This document shows, one piece after another, positions 26,998 through 36,381 of a stretch of DNA of 64,000 nt. Within the stretch, counting starts at the first letter, position 1. Every line of letters begins with the position of its first letter. The stretch lies in the sequence record JX128258. One strand, 5' to 3'. The translations under genes and the position numbers were made by a program. The notes below the pieces were generated by a model. That model made no database searches, was not told where the DNA came from, and was given only the letters and a program-made list of their open reading frames with translations. This DNA is from Escherichia phage ECML-117.

Positions 26998-28536
26998 GTG
27001 ATCAGTCAATCTCGTTATATTAAAATTGTATCAGGGGTCGGAGCAGGCGCGGCTGTTGCAGTTCGCAAACTGTCGCTTCGCGTCATGACTTCTAATACAG
27101 TTCTGCCGCCAGGCATTGTAGCAGAATTTTCAACGGCTGATGCTGTTGGATCATATTTCGGTTATTCTTCCGAGGAATATAAGCGCGCAGCATTATATTT
27201 TGGATTCATCAGCAAGCAAATTAACTCGCCTGATTCAATCAGCTTCTCGCGTATTGTTTCAACTGCGATTCCAGCAATGGTAATCGGTGATACTGAGCCT
27301 AAAGTGCTTGCTACGTTTCAAGCATTCACTGGCGCTATATTAAGCATCACTTACGATGGCACAGACTACCTGACTGACGCAATTAACCTTTCAGCGGCGA
27401 CAAGTCTGGCGAATGTTGCTGAACTTCTGGAGACGGCAATCAATACTAAATTTGCAGCAGAAGGTGGCACATCGGTGCCTGCACTTGCTGATGCAGAGGT
27501 GTATTGGAATGCTAATACTCAGCAGTTCACGCTGGAAGCAGCGCCGTCTACCGCTGGTGCAGGCAACCTGTCTATCAACGTCACAGGCCAACCGACCGAC
27601 CCGTCTCAAGCGTTGGGTTGGACCACCACTGGCACCGTAACAGTTGCAGGCCAGGGCGTTTCAAGTCCGGTAGAAGCAATCGCAGCATCTGTGGAAATCT
27701 CCAACAACTTCGGCTCATTCCTTTTCGCTGGAGCAGACCGAACTCTGGAAGAGATTACCGCTGTGGCAGCGTGGACTCATTCGCAGAATAATATGTACAT
27801 GTATTTATTCTCGACTTCTTTTGCTAATATCGGGTCATACTACACCGCTCTGAAAGGGTACTCAGGCGTTGGCATGATGATTCGCGCAACTAACCTTGCA
27901 AACGATTACATCGACCAAGCACCTGCTGAAATCCTCGCGGCAACAAACTATAATACTGTGAATGCAACTCAAAACTACATGTATTATCAGTTTGACACTC
28001 GCAACGTGACTGTTTCAACTGACTCTCGCGCAGATACTGCTGATCAAAACCGTGCCAACTACATCGGCGCTACTCAGCAGGCAGGACAAACATTGGCGTT
28101 CTTCCAGCGCGGTGTATTGATGGGCGGGTCAACTGCAGCAGTCGATATGAACACTTATGCCAACGAGATGTGGCTCAAGTCCGCTATTACATCTCAGCTG
28201 TTCAGCATGTTCTTGAATCTTGGTCGCGTCCCTGCTAACGAAGAAGGGAAAGCGACTGTACAAGCCATGATTCAGGTTGCTGTGGATAACGCAAAAGTAA
28301 ACGGCACCATCTCTGTTGGCAAGGCGCTGACTGAGATTCAGAAACAATACATCACGCAAACTTCCGGTGACAACACTGCTTGGCGGCAGGTTGAAACTAT
28401 CGGTTACTGGCTGACTGTAGATTTTGATACTGAAACCACTTCCGATGGGCGCACCGAATACTATGCAACATACACGCTAATCTACTCTAAAGATGATGCT
28501 GTGCGTCGCGTTGAAGGTCGTGACGTTCTTATCTAA
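26998..28536 (+). CDS. tail sheath protein candidate
   Basis: 512 aa; lies immediately upstream of a 155-aa tube-like gene; GTG start on track, with an alternative internal Met. Confidence 0.5.
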   Translation: MISQSRYIKIVSGVGAGAAVAVRKLSLRVMTSNTVLPPGIVAEFSTADAVGSYFGYSSEEYKRAALYFGFISKQINSPDSISFSRIVSTAIPAMVIGDTEPKVLATFQAFTGAILSITYDGTDYLTDAINLSAATSLANVAELLETAINTKFAAEGGTSVPALADAEVYWNANTQQFTLEAAPSTAGAGNLSINVTGQPTDPSQALGWTTTGTVTVAGQGVSSPVEAIAASVEISNNFGSFLFAGADRTLEEITAVAAWTHSQNNMYMYLFSTSFANIGSYYTALKGYSGVGMMIRATNLANDYIDQAPAEILAATNYNTVNATQNYMYYQFDTRNVTVSTDSRADTADQNRANYIGATQQAGQTLAFFQRGVLMGGSTAAVDMNTYANEMWLKSAITSQLFSMFLNLGRVPANEEGKATVQAMIQVAVDNAKVNGTISVGKALTEIQKQYITQTSGDNTAWRQVETIGYWLTVDFDTETTSDGRTEYYATYTLIYSKDDAVRRVEGRDVLI

Positions 28537-28583
28537 ATAATTGCCGCCGTAATTGGCGGCCATCTCTCTGAGAGGAATCTGTA

Positions 28584-29051
28584 ATGATTAACGTTTCCGG
28601 TTTTGGCGCTTCGATTCGTTTAGTGGCATCAAACACTTTTCCAAATGGTGTAACCCTTTCTGATTTCGCAGATGATGCTGATCCGATTGACGCGCCTGAT
28701 CTTCAAATCTCTGAAGCGGCAATGGGATTGAACGGTGACTTGGTAGTCTGGAACCGTGCCAACCCTCTTGAAGTAGGCGTCAACATCATCCCTACTTCTG
28801 AAAGCGATGTAAACTTAGATGTTCTGGCAGCAGCTAACCGTGTAGGCAAGCGCAAGAACTCTGCGAAAGACGTGATCACCCTTATTCTGACCTACCCTTC
28901 TGGCATGGTCATCACACTGAACAAGGGCACTTTGACGACTGGTTCAGTGATTCCTGGCATCCAGTCTCAGGGTCGTGTAAAAACACGTCAATATCGCTTT
29001 AAGTTTGAGAACGTAGTCAAAACTGGCGTGAGCAACCAAGAGATTTTATAA
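28584..29051 (+). CDS. tail tube protein candidate
   Basis: 155 aa; AGAGGAATCTGTA upstream; paralogous to 30002..30499. Confidence 0.5.
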   Translation: MINVSGFGASIRLVASNTFPNGVTLSDFADDADPIDAPDLQISEAAMGLNGDLVVWNRANPLEVGVNIIPTSESDVNLDVLAAANRVGKRKNSAKDVITLILTYPSGMVITLNKGTLTTGSVIPGIQSQGRVKTRQYRFKFENVVKTGVSNQEIL

Positions 29052-29380
29052 TGTATCAAATACCACTTGACAGCGTACCTAACCAGAATATCAGCTTTAA
29101 CGTTGACGGTGCTTATTGGCAGCTGCACATATTCGCCGCAATTGAGCACATGTGCGCAGATGTTTACCGCAATGGCGAATTGTTGATTCAAGGGGTGCGC
29201 TGTTTTGGTGGTGTACCAATGGTGCCTTATAAATATCTCATGATTGGGTACGGCAACTTTATTTTTGACAGCGTACCCGATTATGAGAATTTTAACTCTG
29301 GCGGCTGTAATTTATATTACATGTCAGAATCTGAGTTGGCTGAATTCCAGAAAACTGCTGAAGCGGAGTTTGCAATTTGA
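29051..29380 (+). CDS. hypothetical tail protein (109 aa)
   Basis: Track ORF. Confidence 0.4.
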   Translation: MYQIPLDSVPNQNISFNVDGAYWQLHIFAAIEHMCADVYRNGELLIQGVRCFGGVPMVPYKYLMIGYGNFIFDSVPDYENFNSGGCNLYYMSESELAEFQKTAEAEFAI

Positions 29381-29733
29381 CAACTCTAACGATTGAAGTT
29401 AATGATAACAACGACCTGTTTCTGCCTGATGGAAGAAATTTGAATATTCTGTCAGGAGAAAAGGCTATGGTACAAGTTATCAAGGCAGCGCATCAAATGC
29501 GACTTGGTGAAGACTTGTACGATGTTGAAAACGGAGTCGATTATTTGGGCACTGTTTTCAAATCGCCCGTTGATGAAGACGGTGCGAGAAAGTCGATTGC
29601 AGATGCTATTCTGAAGAAAGCAGACGTTGCCGGAATCGACTCATTGACTGTCACCATCCAAAACGGTATTCTTGGATTTACCGCTGAAGTGGTGACTATT
29701 TATGGCGAACGTATAAAGGTGAGTAATCAATAA
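29377..29733 (+). CDS. hypothetical tail protein (118 aa, TTG start)
   Basis: Track ORF. Confidence 0.35.
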   Translation: MTTLTIEVNDNNDLFLPDGRNLNILSGEKAMVQVIKAAHQMRLGEDLYDVENGVDYLGTVFKSPVDEDGARKSIADAILKKADVAGIDSLTVTIQNGILGFTAEVVTIYGERIKVSNQ

Positions 29734-29999
29734 TGGCACAAGTAATTCATTTTGCTAATGGCGTCATGAAATTTGGCGAAAAATTTGAAGACGCATCGGA
29801 ATTATTTAACAAGACTTCAAAGCCTGTTGCGGAGAAGAAAGAACAGGTCGAAGAGAAGACATTAGAGTCGAAAGTTGATTTTGATTCAATGAGCGTCTCT
29901 GAATTGAAGGCTTATGCAAAGGAACATGAGATTGACATCAAAGGTCTTTCTTATAAGGATGAAATTCTTGCGGCAGTTAAATCTGCATCTGCGGAGTAA
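29733..29999 (+). CDS. small protein with C-terminal HeH/Rho-N-like motif (88 aa)
   Basis: C-terminus MSVSELKAYAKEHEIDIKGLSYKDEILAAV. Confidence 0.45.
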   Translation: MAQVIHFANGVMKFGEKFEDASELFNKTSKPVAEKKEQVEEKTLESKVDFDSMSVSELKAYAKEHEIDIKGLSYKDEILAAVKSASAE

Positions 30000-30001
30000 A
30001 C

Positions 30002-30499
30002 ATGGTCAATATTAGTGGATTTGGCACAAGCATTAGAATTGTCGCTCTCCAATCTTTCCCTGTTGGGCTGAATATCAGTTCTTTGTCTGATGACCAGGAT
30101 TCGCTAATTATTGAGGAAGTTGAATCAGTAGGCTATCAACTTACTTATGACGGCGGCATTTGTATTTATGATAAGGCCGCCGTCGTTCGCGTATCCATTG
30201 CGGTGATCCCAAACACTGAAGACGACATAAACCTAAAGCTTTTGCTTTCCGCTCGTAAAGGCGGATTCAAGTGGCTTCCTATACAGGATGTCACGTCAAT
30301 GCTTATTACATATCCTGATGGCGGCAGAGTAGCATTTTCGAACGGGACCATAATCAGCGGTCCGCTTGGCGACTCCATTGAGCAATCCGGTCGCCGTAAG
30401 ACAAACAGATACACATTCGTGTTTGCCAGCTACGGCGGCGCACAGAGCACATCACAAATTGCAAAAGGCGTGGTGCAGAGTATATTGGGGTCAATTTAA
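30002..30499 (+). CDS. tail tube-like paralog (165 aa)
   Basis: MVNISGFGTSIRIVALQSFPVGLNISSLSDDQD parallels MINVSGFGASIRLVASNTFPNGVTLSDFADDAD of 28584..29051. Confidence 0.5.
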   Translation: MVNISGFGTSIRIVALQSFPVGLNISSLSDDQDSLIIEEVESVGYQLTYDGGICIYDKAAVVRVSIAVIPNTEDDINLKLLLSARKGGFKWLPIQDVTSMLITYPDGGRVAFSNGTIISGPLGDSIEQSGRRKTNRYTFVFASYGGAQSTSQIAKGVVQSILGSI

Positions 30500-31032
30500 T
30501 GGCTATCGATTTATTGTCATATAGTCTTTCCAACAGAAGCTTCACAATAAGAAGCTTCAACCTTGGGGAAGTGTCAACGCTTGGTTGGGCGATTGTTAAC
30601 GTTAAAATAAGACTCCAAGCAAAGATATTCAAGAACCAAAGGGAGGATGGGAGCTATATTGTCGATGGCAGGGTCAAAATGCCTAGAATATTGACTGTGA
30701 CTGTAATAGCACAGACAAAAAGCGCGTCCGAAGCAATCGCAAAGATGCTGCAAAATAGGTCCACTATATACACAATAAATTCTCGTGGGCTAATATTTGA
30801 ACGTATGGTGCTGCAAAATAACAATTTCAGCCAAGATGCTGACAATATAACTTCACAACCCATACAACTGGTCTTCCATGAGATATTAACACAGCAGGAT
30901 GTGTCTATTCAAACAGCGCAAGCAGCCGACTCCACTGTCATTGAGCGCGGCATCGCTTATATAAAAGAGACTACTGCCAGCGTCACTGGCGTTGCAACAA
31001 AGGTGATGAATGGCATCAAGGGGATGTTCTGA
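30499..31032 (+). CDS. hypothetical tail protein (177 aa)
   Basis: Track ORF. Confidence 0.4.
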   Translation: MAIDLLSYSLSNRSFTIRSFNLGEVSTLGWAIVNVKIRLQAKIFKNQREDGSYIVDGRVKMPRILTVTVIAQTKSASEAIAKMLQNRSTIYTINSRGLIFERMVLQNNNFSQDADNITSQPIQLVFHEILTQQDVSIQTAQAADSTVIERGIAYIKETTASVTGVATKVMNGIKGMF

Positions 31033-31592
31033 TGGACTTTGTTTCGATTCTGCTTTCTGGTCAATCTCTGACCATAACGAATGAGTCGACAGGGCTTCCT
31101 GTCTGGACAAGGCTTTCTCCAGTGTCTGCAGAAATAACATCACCAGCAGAAACTACTCAATTTCCCCTTGCTGGAACGGCGATGCAGGTGGTGGAAGTAT
31201 CAAGCACATCCTCAGTAAGCAATTTACAGGCGGCAAAAGTAATAATGCCAGCGCACATGGCGCTAAACGTAATTTGCAACGACCAATCGACTATTGAAAA
31301 CATAATTAATACATTCGACAATGATGAAGTCACATTTTCGATAACTTCTCGAAGCATAATTGCAAGCAAAATGTCGATGTCTGATGTCGAAATAACTCAG
31401 TCAGAAGAAAACCTGAATGGAGTCTCAATTGTAATAACATTTGAACAGACGTCATTTAGTATTCAAGGAAGCTTTGACCCTAAACAGTCCGCAGATGAAT
31501 CGTCAAATGGCGTGGCTATTAAAGAGCCAGTCAGTTTGACTACAACTGTGAGTTCGTTATATAATAAAATAAAATCAACAGTAGGAATATAA
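31032..31592 (+). CDS. hypothetical tail protein (186 aa)
   Basis: Track ORF. Confidence 0.4.
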   Translation: MDFVSILLSGQSLTITNESTGLPVWTRLSPVSAEITSPAETTQFPLAGTAMQVVEVSSTSSVSNLQAAKVIMPAHMALNVICNDQSTIENIINTFDNDEVTFSITSRSIIASKMSMSDVEITQSEENLNGVSIVITFEQTSFSIQGSFDPKQSADESSNGVAIKEPVSLTTTVSSLYNKIKSTVGI

Positions 31593-31593
31593 A

Positions 31594-32010
31594 ATGAAGA
31601 TCACCAATAAACAAACTGGTCGCAAAGTAGAAATTAAAATCAGCAAAATGACTGCGATGGAAGGTTGGAACATACAGCGCCGATTCATCGAATTTGCGAT
31701 GTCAAAAGACCCTGCCTTTCGTTCAGAATACACAATGGAAGTATTAAGCTTTGCGAAGGTTGAACTTGATGTCGGGCAAGAAATTCCTCTGAGCACTGGC
31801 GCACTTATTGACAACCATCTTGGCGACTGGGAAAACTTGAAATTGGTTTTCGAAGCAGTATTGATGGAAAACGGAATCAACCCAGAGACTCACGCTGAAC
31901 GTGAAGGATACTGGGAACAAGCTGGCGGCGAAATGGCTGCAGCATTTATTGGCGAATCGATGCGATTAATCGCGCCATTCCTCAGCGGCGAGACTCCAAA
32001 CAAGGGGTAA
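31594..32010 (+). CDS. tail assembly chaperone candidate (138 aa)
   Basis: Lies immediately upstream of the tape measure gene. Confidence 0.4.
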   Translation: MKITNKQTGRKVEIKISKMTAMEGWNIQRRFIEFAMSKDPAFRSEYTMEVLSFAKVELDVGQEIPLSTGALIDNHLGDWENLKLVFEAVLMENGINPETHAEREGYWEQAGGEMAAAFIGESMRLIAPFLSGETPNKG

Positions 32011-32013
32011 ACT

Positions 32014-34194
32014 GTGTCTGACTCATTAGAAAAATTTGTTCTTCAATATACGGTGGACTTGAAAGAGTCCATCAATCGTCTTGAGCAATTGCAAGATAAG
32101 GTTGATCAGACAAACAAAAAGGCAAAGTCCGCTGGTAAAGACTTCACCGGAGCATTCAAAGATGTGTTTGGTGAGTTGAAGCCTCTCACAGCTGAACTGG
32201 GGTCTATTGACGGAATCCTTGCGCGGCTTACTTACCGCTTTGCCGCGCTCGTTCCTGTTGTCGCAGGATTGGCTGTCGTCGTCAAATCCATTGTTGATGT
32301 TCGAAAAGAATACGAAGCGCAAAGGAAGCTGGGATTTGAAGCAGGACTTTCACCAATTGGCGTGGAGCAATTACAGCGACAATTGAATGAGAGTTCAGGC
32401 GGAGTTCTTGGTGCGCAAGGGTCAAGGGATTTAATCAGCAAGGCTTCTAATCTCGCATTCAACGCATACACCAACCCCGATGTGATGAACAAGGACAACT
32501 TGTTGCTGAACAAGATGGGGACCAGTCCTTTCAACAGTAACGGCGGCATAAAAGACACGAACCAGCTGCTTGATGAAATTGGCACAAAGCTGAGAAGTGT
32601 GAATGAGCAAACCGCTCGTGCTATTGGTGCTCTGGCAGGTTTTACCGCCGATGAAGTCCGTGCGCTTCGTGAGCGAAATCAATCAGTCAAAGAAAGCACC
32701 CGTATAAGCGACGAAGAAACCGCGAAGCTGCAAAGACAGCAGGCTGCGCTTGAAACGATACGAAACAGCATGGGGCAAATTCAAGAAGACTGGCGACGCA
32801 TTGAACTGGTAATCGGTGAGAACGTGATGCCAGCATTCTCGACGCTTGTCAGTAAAACCGCCGATACAGTCGAAGGATTCCAGATGATGTTCCAAAGAAT
32901 GTCTGATGGATGGTCCGAATTTGTCGACAATTTCATTGCTGACTTGAAGCACCCGTTTGATAAACAGGCGGCTGTTAACGAGCGCCACGAGCGCGCCGTT
33001 GATAGATGGATCACACAGATGGCAGACGGCGATGTGAAACGCCAGAGGAACCAGGAGCAAAACGCGGCTGAACAACGTTCTGCGCAAGCACTTTTCACTC
33101 GCGACATCAACCTGTTTTCAAGTGCCGTTTCAACCTTTGCTGGAGTCATTGATGAGCGACAAGCATGGGCTGCATGGGCTGGTGAGATAGGACGAAGCGC
33201 AGGCCAATCCGCAATGCCTGGCACGCCAGCACTAAGCACTGGTGCGACCGTAGGCAACAACTTGGGGTCAGGAAATCCGACTGCATATGACTCAATCTAT
33301 GAGGAAGCCTCCAAGCGTTATGGAATCCCTGTTGCGATGATGAAGGCCGTCACAGAAGTCGAATCTGGATTCAACCCTAATGCCGTAAGCGGAGCAGGTG
33401 CGACCGGATTGATGCAAATAATGCCTTCCAACTTCAAGGGGCTTGGCATTACAGACGGTAACGACCCAAGACAAAACATTATGGGCGGCGCTCAACTTCT
33501 CAAGGAATATTTAACTGCTGCCAATGGCGATTGGAATCTTGCGCTGACTATGTATCACGGCGGATATGACCGCAGCGGATGGGGGAAGAACACCCGTGCA
33601 TACCCTGGCAAGGTAATGGCCGCTCTCGAACGACAGGCAAATGGAGAATACGCCACGGGAGCGCCGCAAGGTGCACCAGTGACTCCAGTCCTTAGCGGTA
33701 GCGGAGTAGAAGCGCCGAAAGGAAGCTATGCACCAGTACAAGGCCAATCCCGCCAAACGGTGCAATACAGACAGTTGCAAGAAGCCATTGCAGGATACCT
33801 AAACGTGCCAGTTGAGCAGTTGATGCAAGGGCAAGTTAACAAAGGCGATATTGACTTTGCTCAAACTTACCTTAAACTTGGAACGCAAAGGGATTATATT
33901 AAAAACATGCAGCTGGCTTCAACTCCAGGCGTAAGACCGAACATTCAGGCCGAAGCGATGAAGAATGCTCGTCTTGCCGCATTCCAGCTTGAGGCGTTCC
34001 AGAAATACGGCGGCGACCTCTCCGCGAATAGTCGACCTGGTGGGCGTGATATTACTATGGGTCAGAAAAACGTTGTCATCAACGTCAACGGCGCTCAAGA
34101 CCCACGAAGCACGGCTATTGAGACTAAGCGCGTGCTTGAACAAGATGATATCAACGACATAAACAACCTTACTGCTACACCTTTGAAGTGGTGA
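32014..34194 (+). CDS. tail tape measure protein with lytic transglycosylase (SLT) domain
   Basis: 726 aa; helical N-terminal half; EVESGFNPNAVSGAGATGLMQIMPSNF, an SLT-type catalytic region; GTG start. Confidence 0.65.
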   Translation: MSDSLEKFVLQYTVDLKESINRLEQLQDKVDQTNKKAKSAGKDFTGAFKDVFGELKPLTAELGSIDGILARLTYRFAALVPVVAGLAVVVKSIVDVRKEYEAQRKLGFEAGLSPIGVEQLQRQLNESSGGVLGAQGSRDLISKASNLAFNAYTNPDVMNKDNLLLNKMGTSPFNSNGGIKDTNQLLDEIGTKLRSVNEQTARAIGALAGFTADEVRALRERNQSVKESTRISDEETAKLQRQQAALETIRNSMGQIQEDWRRIELVIGENVMPAFSTLVSKTADTVEGFQMMFQRMSDGWSEFVDNFIADLKHPFDKQAAVNERHERAVDRWITQMADGDVKRQRNQEQNAAEQRSAQALFTRDINLFSSAVSTFAGVIDERQAWAAWAGEIGRSAGQSAMPGTPALSTGATVGNNLGSGNPTAYDSIYEEASKRYGIPVAMMKAVTEVESGFNPNAVSGAGATGLMQIMPSNFKGLGITDGNDPRQNIMGGAQLLKEYLTAANGDWNLALTMYHGGYDRSGWGKNTRAYPGKVMAALERQANGEYATGAPQGAPVTPVLSGSGVEAPKGSYAPVQGQSRQTVQYRQLQEAIAGYLNVPVEQLMQGQVNKGDIDFAQTYLKLGTQRDYIKNMQLASTPGVRPNIQAEAMKNARLAAFQLEAFQKYGGDLSANSRPGGRDITMGQKNVVINVNGAQDPRSTAIETKRVLEQDDINDINNLTATPLKW

Positions 34195-34198
34195 TCAT

Positions 34199-35071
34199 TT
34201 GAAAAAGAGAATCCTTAAAGTCACCTTATCCATGCCGGATGGCACAAGCCAAGTGCTTGACGAAGGATTGATGCTTAGATGCCGAATCAAAAAGGCAGCA
34301 CTTTCCGTTCAGAATAAGGCCACGATTGAAGTTGCAGGATTAACAGGGTACTTGAGAGAGTACCTGCTTTCCAACTTCACGGCATTCAACAAACGTCTGC
34401 GTGATCAAGGCCAGCTGGCGGCGAACTACGTCAACGTGACTATTGAAGCTGGATACAGAGAAGGGAGTGTAATCAGCAGCAACTTGGTATACAAGGGACA
34501 GGTGACGACAGTTGAGATAACAGCGCCGCCGCCGAATATTGTCATCAGAATCACTTGCTACACCAACCAAATAAACAGAACTAAGTTCATCACTCAAGCT
34601 GCGCCATCCAACCCGACTTTCAAAGAGTTTGTGGAATGGTCTGCAAAACAAATGGACATCGATACTGTTATTTGTGATACGTCGATTAACAATCAGCGAC
34701 TTGTGAATCCAGGAAGAACGACATATGTTGCTGCTGCGCTGCTGCTTGAGATCCAGAACTATCAACGCAACTCCATCGCGGCATACATTGATGACGATAC
34801 GTTAATTGTCAAGGATAAAGACAAAATTCTAAATCCAGACCAGATTACGGTCATTGAGGAATTTGTCGGAATACCGATGTGGAACGAGTGGGGTGCAGAC
34901 TTCACTTGTATGTATAACGCAGATTTGAAGCTTGCACAAGGTGTTAAATTCAAATCAGTCTTAAACCCAAGCTTGAACGACACCACATTTGTCATCATGC
35001 AACTTGAATATGATTTAGCAAGTCGTGATGATATATTTACGGTGACGGGCGGCGTTGCACCATCGGCATAA
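34199..35071 (+). CDS. tail/baseplate hub protein candidate (290 aa, TTG start)
   Basis: Track ORF immediately after tape measure. Confidence 0.4.
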   Translation: MKKRILKVTLSMPDGTSQVLDEGLMLRCRIKKAALSVQNKATIEVAGLTGYLREYLLSNFTAFNKRLRDQGQLAANYVNVTIEAGYREGSVISSNLVYKGQVTTVEITAPPPNIVIRITCYTNQINRTKFITQAAPSNPTFKEFVEWSAKQMDIDTVICDTSINNQRLVNPGRTTYVAAALLLEIQNYQRNSIAAYIDDDTLIVKDKDKILNPDQITVIEEFVGIPMWNEWGADFTCMYNADLKLAQGVKFKSVLNPSLNDTTFVIMQLEYDLASRDDIFTVTGGVAPSA

Positions 35072-35073
35072 AT

Positions 35074-35595
35074 ATGAGAAAGAATAAAATAATCGACTTG
35101 TTTGGCGTGACTTATGAAATTCATCAATTCAGTGCAATAGATGCATTTGAAATGGTGGATGACATAAGCATATTGACTCCACTTGAATTATTAAGTGAAT
35201 GTTATGTGATCAAATATGACGGAACTAAAGTCAGATTAAATTCTGAGAAGGCCATCAGTGAAGAAGTGAAAAGTGTGCCAAATCACTTGCCGCCCAACCT
35301 TGTATTGAAAGTTCTAATGGAAGCGGTGAAGAAGCACAATTTTGGATTCCTCAGTGATTGGAAAGGCACTAAGATTCCAAATAGATTCTTGGCTGACGTA
35401 CCGACCGTAGAGCCTAATTATCTTGAGCCGATGGTTGCAAGCCTAATAAACAATGGTCTTGCTTCGTTAAAAGAATTGGAAGAATATTATTCATTGCGTG
35501 ATGCATTCGCTATGTTTGATGGACTAATAGCAAAATCACTTAATGAAGCCTACTCAAACGAAGCTGCCATTAAAGAATCAAAGTCAAATCGCTAA
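35074..35595 (+). CDS. baseplate-associated protein candidate (173 aa)
   Basis: Track ORF. Confidence 0.4.
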   Translation: MRKNKIIDLFGVTYEIHQFSAIDAFEMVDDISILTPLELLSECYVIKYDGTKVRLNSEKAISEEVKSVPNHLPPNLVLKVLMEAVKKHNFGFLSDWKGTKIPNRFLADVPTVEPNYLEPMVASLINNGLASLKELEEYYSLRDAFAMFDGLIAKSLNEAYSNEAAIKESKSNR

Positions 35596-35608
35596 AATAT
35601 TGCTTATA

Positions 35609-35651
35609 GACTCCTTATAGATTATAATTTGTTGATCAGATATAAGGAGTC
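35609..35651 (+). promoter_or_regulatory. 11-bp perfect inverted repeat enclosing TATAAT and the RBS of 35653..36381
   Basis: GACTCCTTATA (35609-35619) and TATAAGGAGTC (35641-35651) separated by 21 nt; the right arm contains the AAGGAG Shine-Dalgarno. Confidence 0.5.
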
Positions 35652-35652
35652 T

Positions 35653-36381
35653 ATGATGGCAGAAAAGTTAACCCAACTTACAAGCCCCAACCAAACTGAC
35701 AAATCAAGTATGTTTGCCGCGCTGCAGGGAATGCTGGACCGTGGCAAGTATACCACTGACGGCATGATTCCTGCACAAGTAATATCTTATGACCGCAAAC
35801 AGAATTTAGCAGTCATAAAGCCTGTTATTCATTTCGTAAGTCTTGATGATAAGCCAGTGGAGCGTCAACCTTTGGTGTCAATTCCGGTACTGGCAATCGG
35901 CGGCGGCGGCTTCGTGATCAACTTCCCTTTGAAGGAAGGGGACTTGGGCTGGATATTCGCTGGCGACCGAGAGTTGTCGACATTCCTTGAAGAATTGAAG
36001 CCGACTGCGCCTACCAATGGCCGTGTAAAAACTTTCGCTGATGGACTGTTCATACCGGATGTATTCCGAAAATACACCATAAGCGGAGAGGATGCAGGGT
36101 CAATGGTAATTCAATCCCTCAGCGGCGCTGTGAGAATTGCACTAAGCGATGACTCAATAAACATAACTGCGTCTGCTGGAGTAAACGTCAAGACCCCGAT
36201 AACCACTATCGATCAACAATTGATAGTAAATGGAAAGGCAACATTCAATGGTGGGATAGAAGGCAAAGAAGGAACGACGGCAACGCTTCCGACTGGCACA
36301 ACGGTCGGCGGCATTGATGTATCCACTCACGGGCATATCGGTAACGGGCCTGGAAACAGAACTGGGAATATGATAGAATGA
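35653..36381 (+). CDS. baseplate central spike candidate (gpV/Mu gp45-like)
   Basis: In frame with track ORF 35629..36381; Gly-rich beta-like body and C-terminal VSTHGHIGNG (HxH apex-like). Confidence 0.45.
   Translation: MMAEKLTQLTSPNQTDKSSMFAALQGMLDRGKYTTDGMIPAQVISYDRKQNLAVIKPVIHFVSLDDKPVERQPLVSIPVLAIGGGGFVINFPLKEGDLGWIFAGDRELSTFLEELKPTAPTNGRVKTFADGLFIPDVFRKYTISGEDAGSMVIQSLSGAVRIALSDDSINITASAGVNVKTPITTIDQQLIVNGKATFNGGIEGKEGTTATLPTGTTVGGIDVSTHGHIGNGPGNRTGNMIE

Noticed and set aside
32683-33260. Minus-strand ORFs inside the tape measure gene
   Set aside because: Embedded antisense frames within a long, well-supported plus-strand structural gene.
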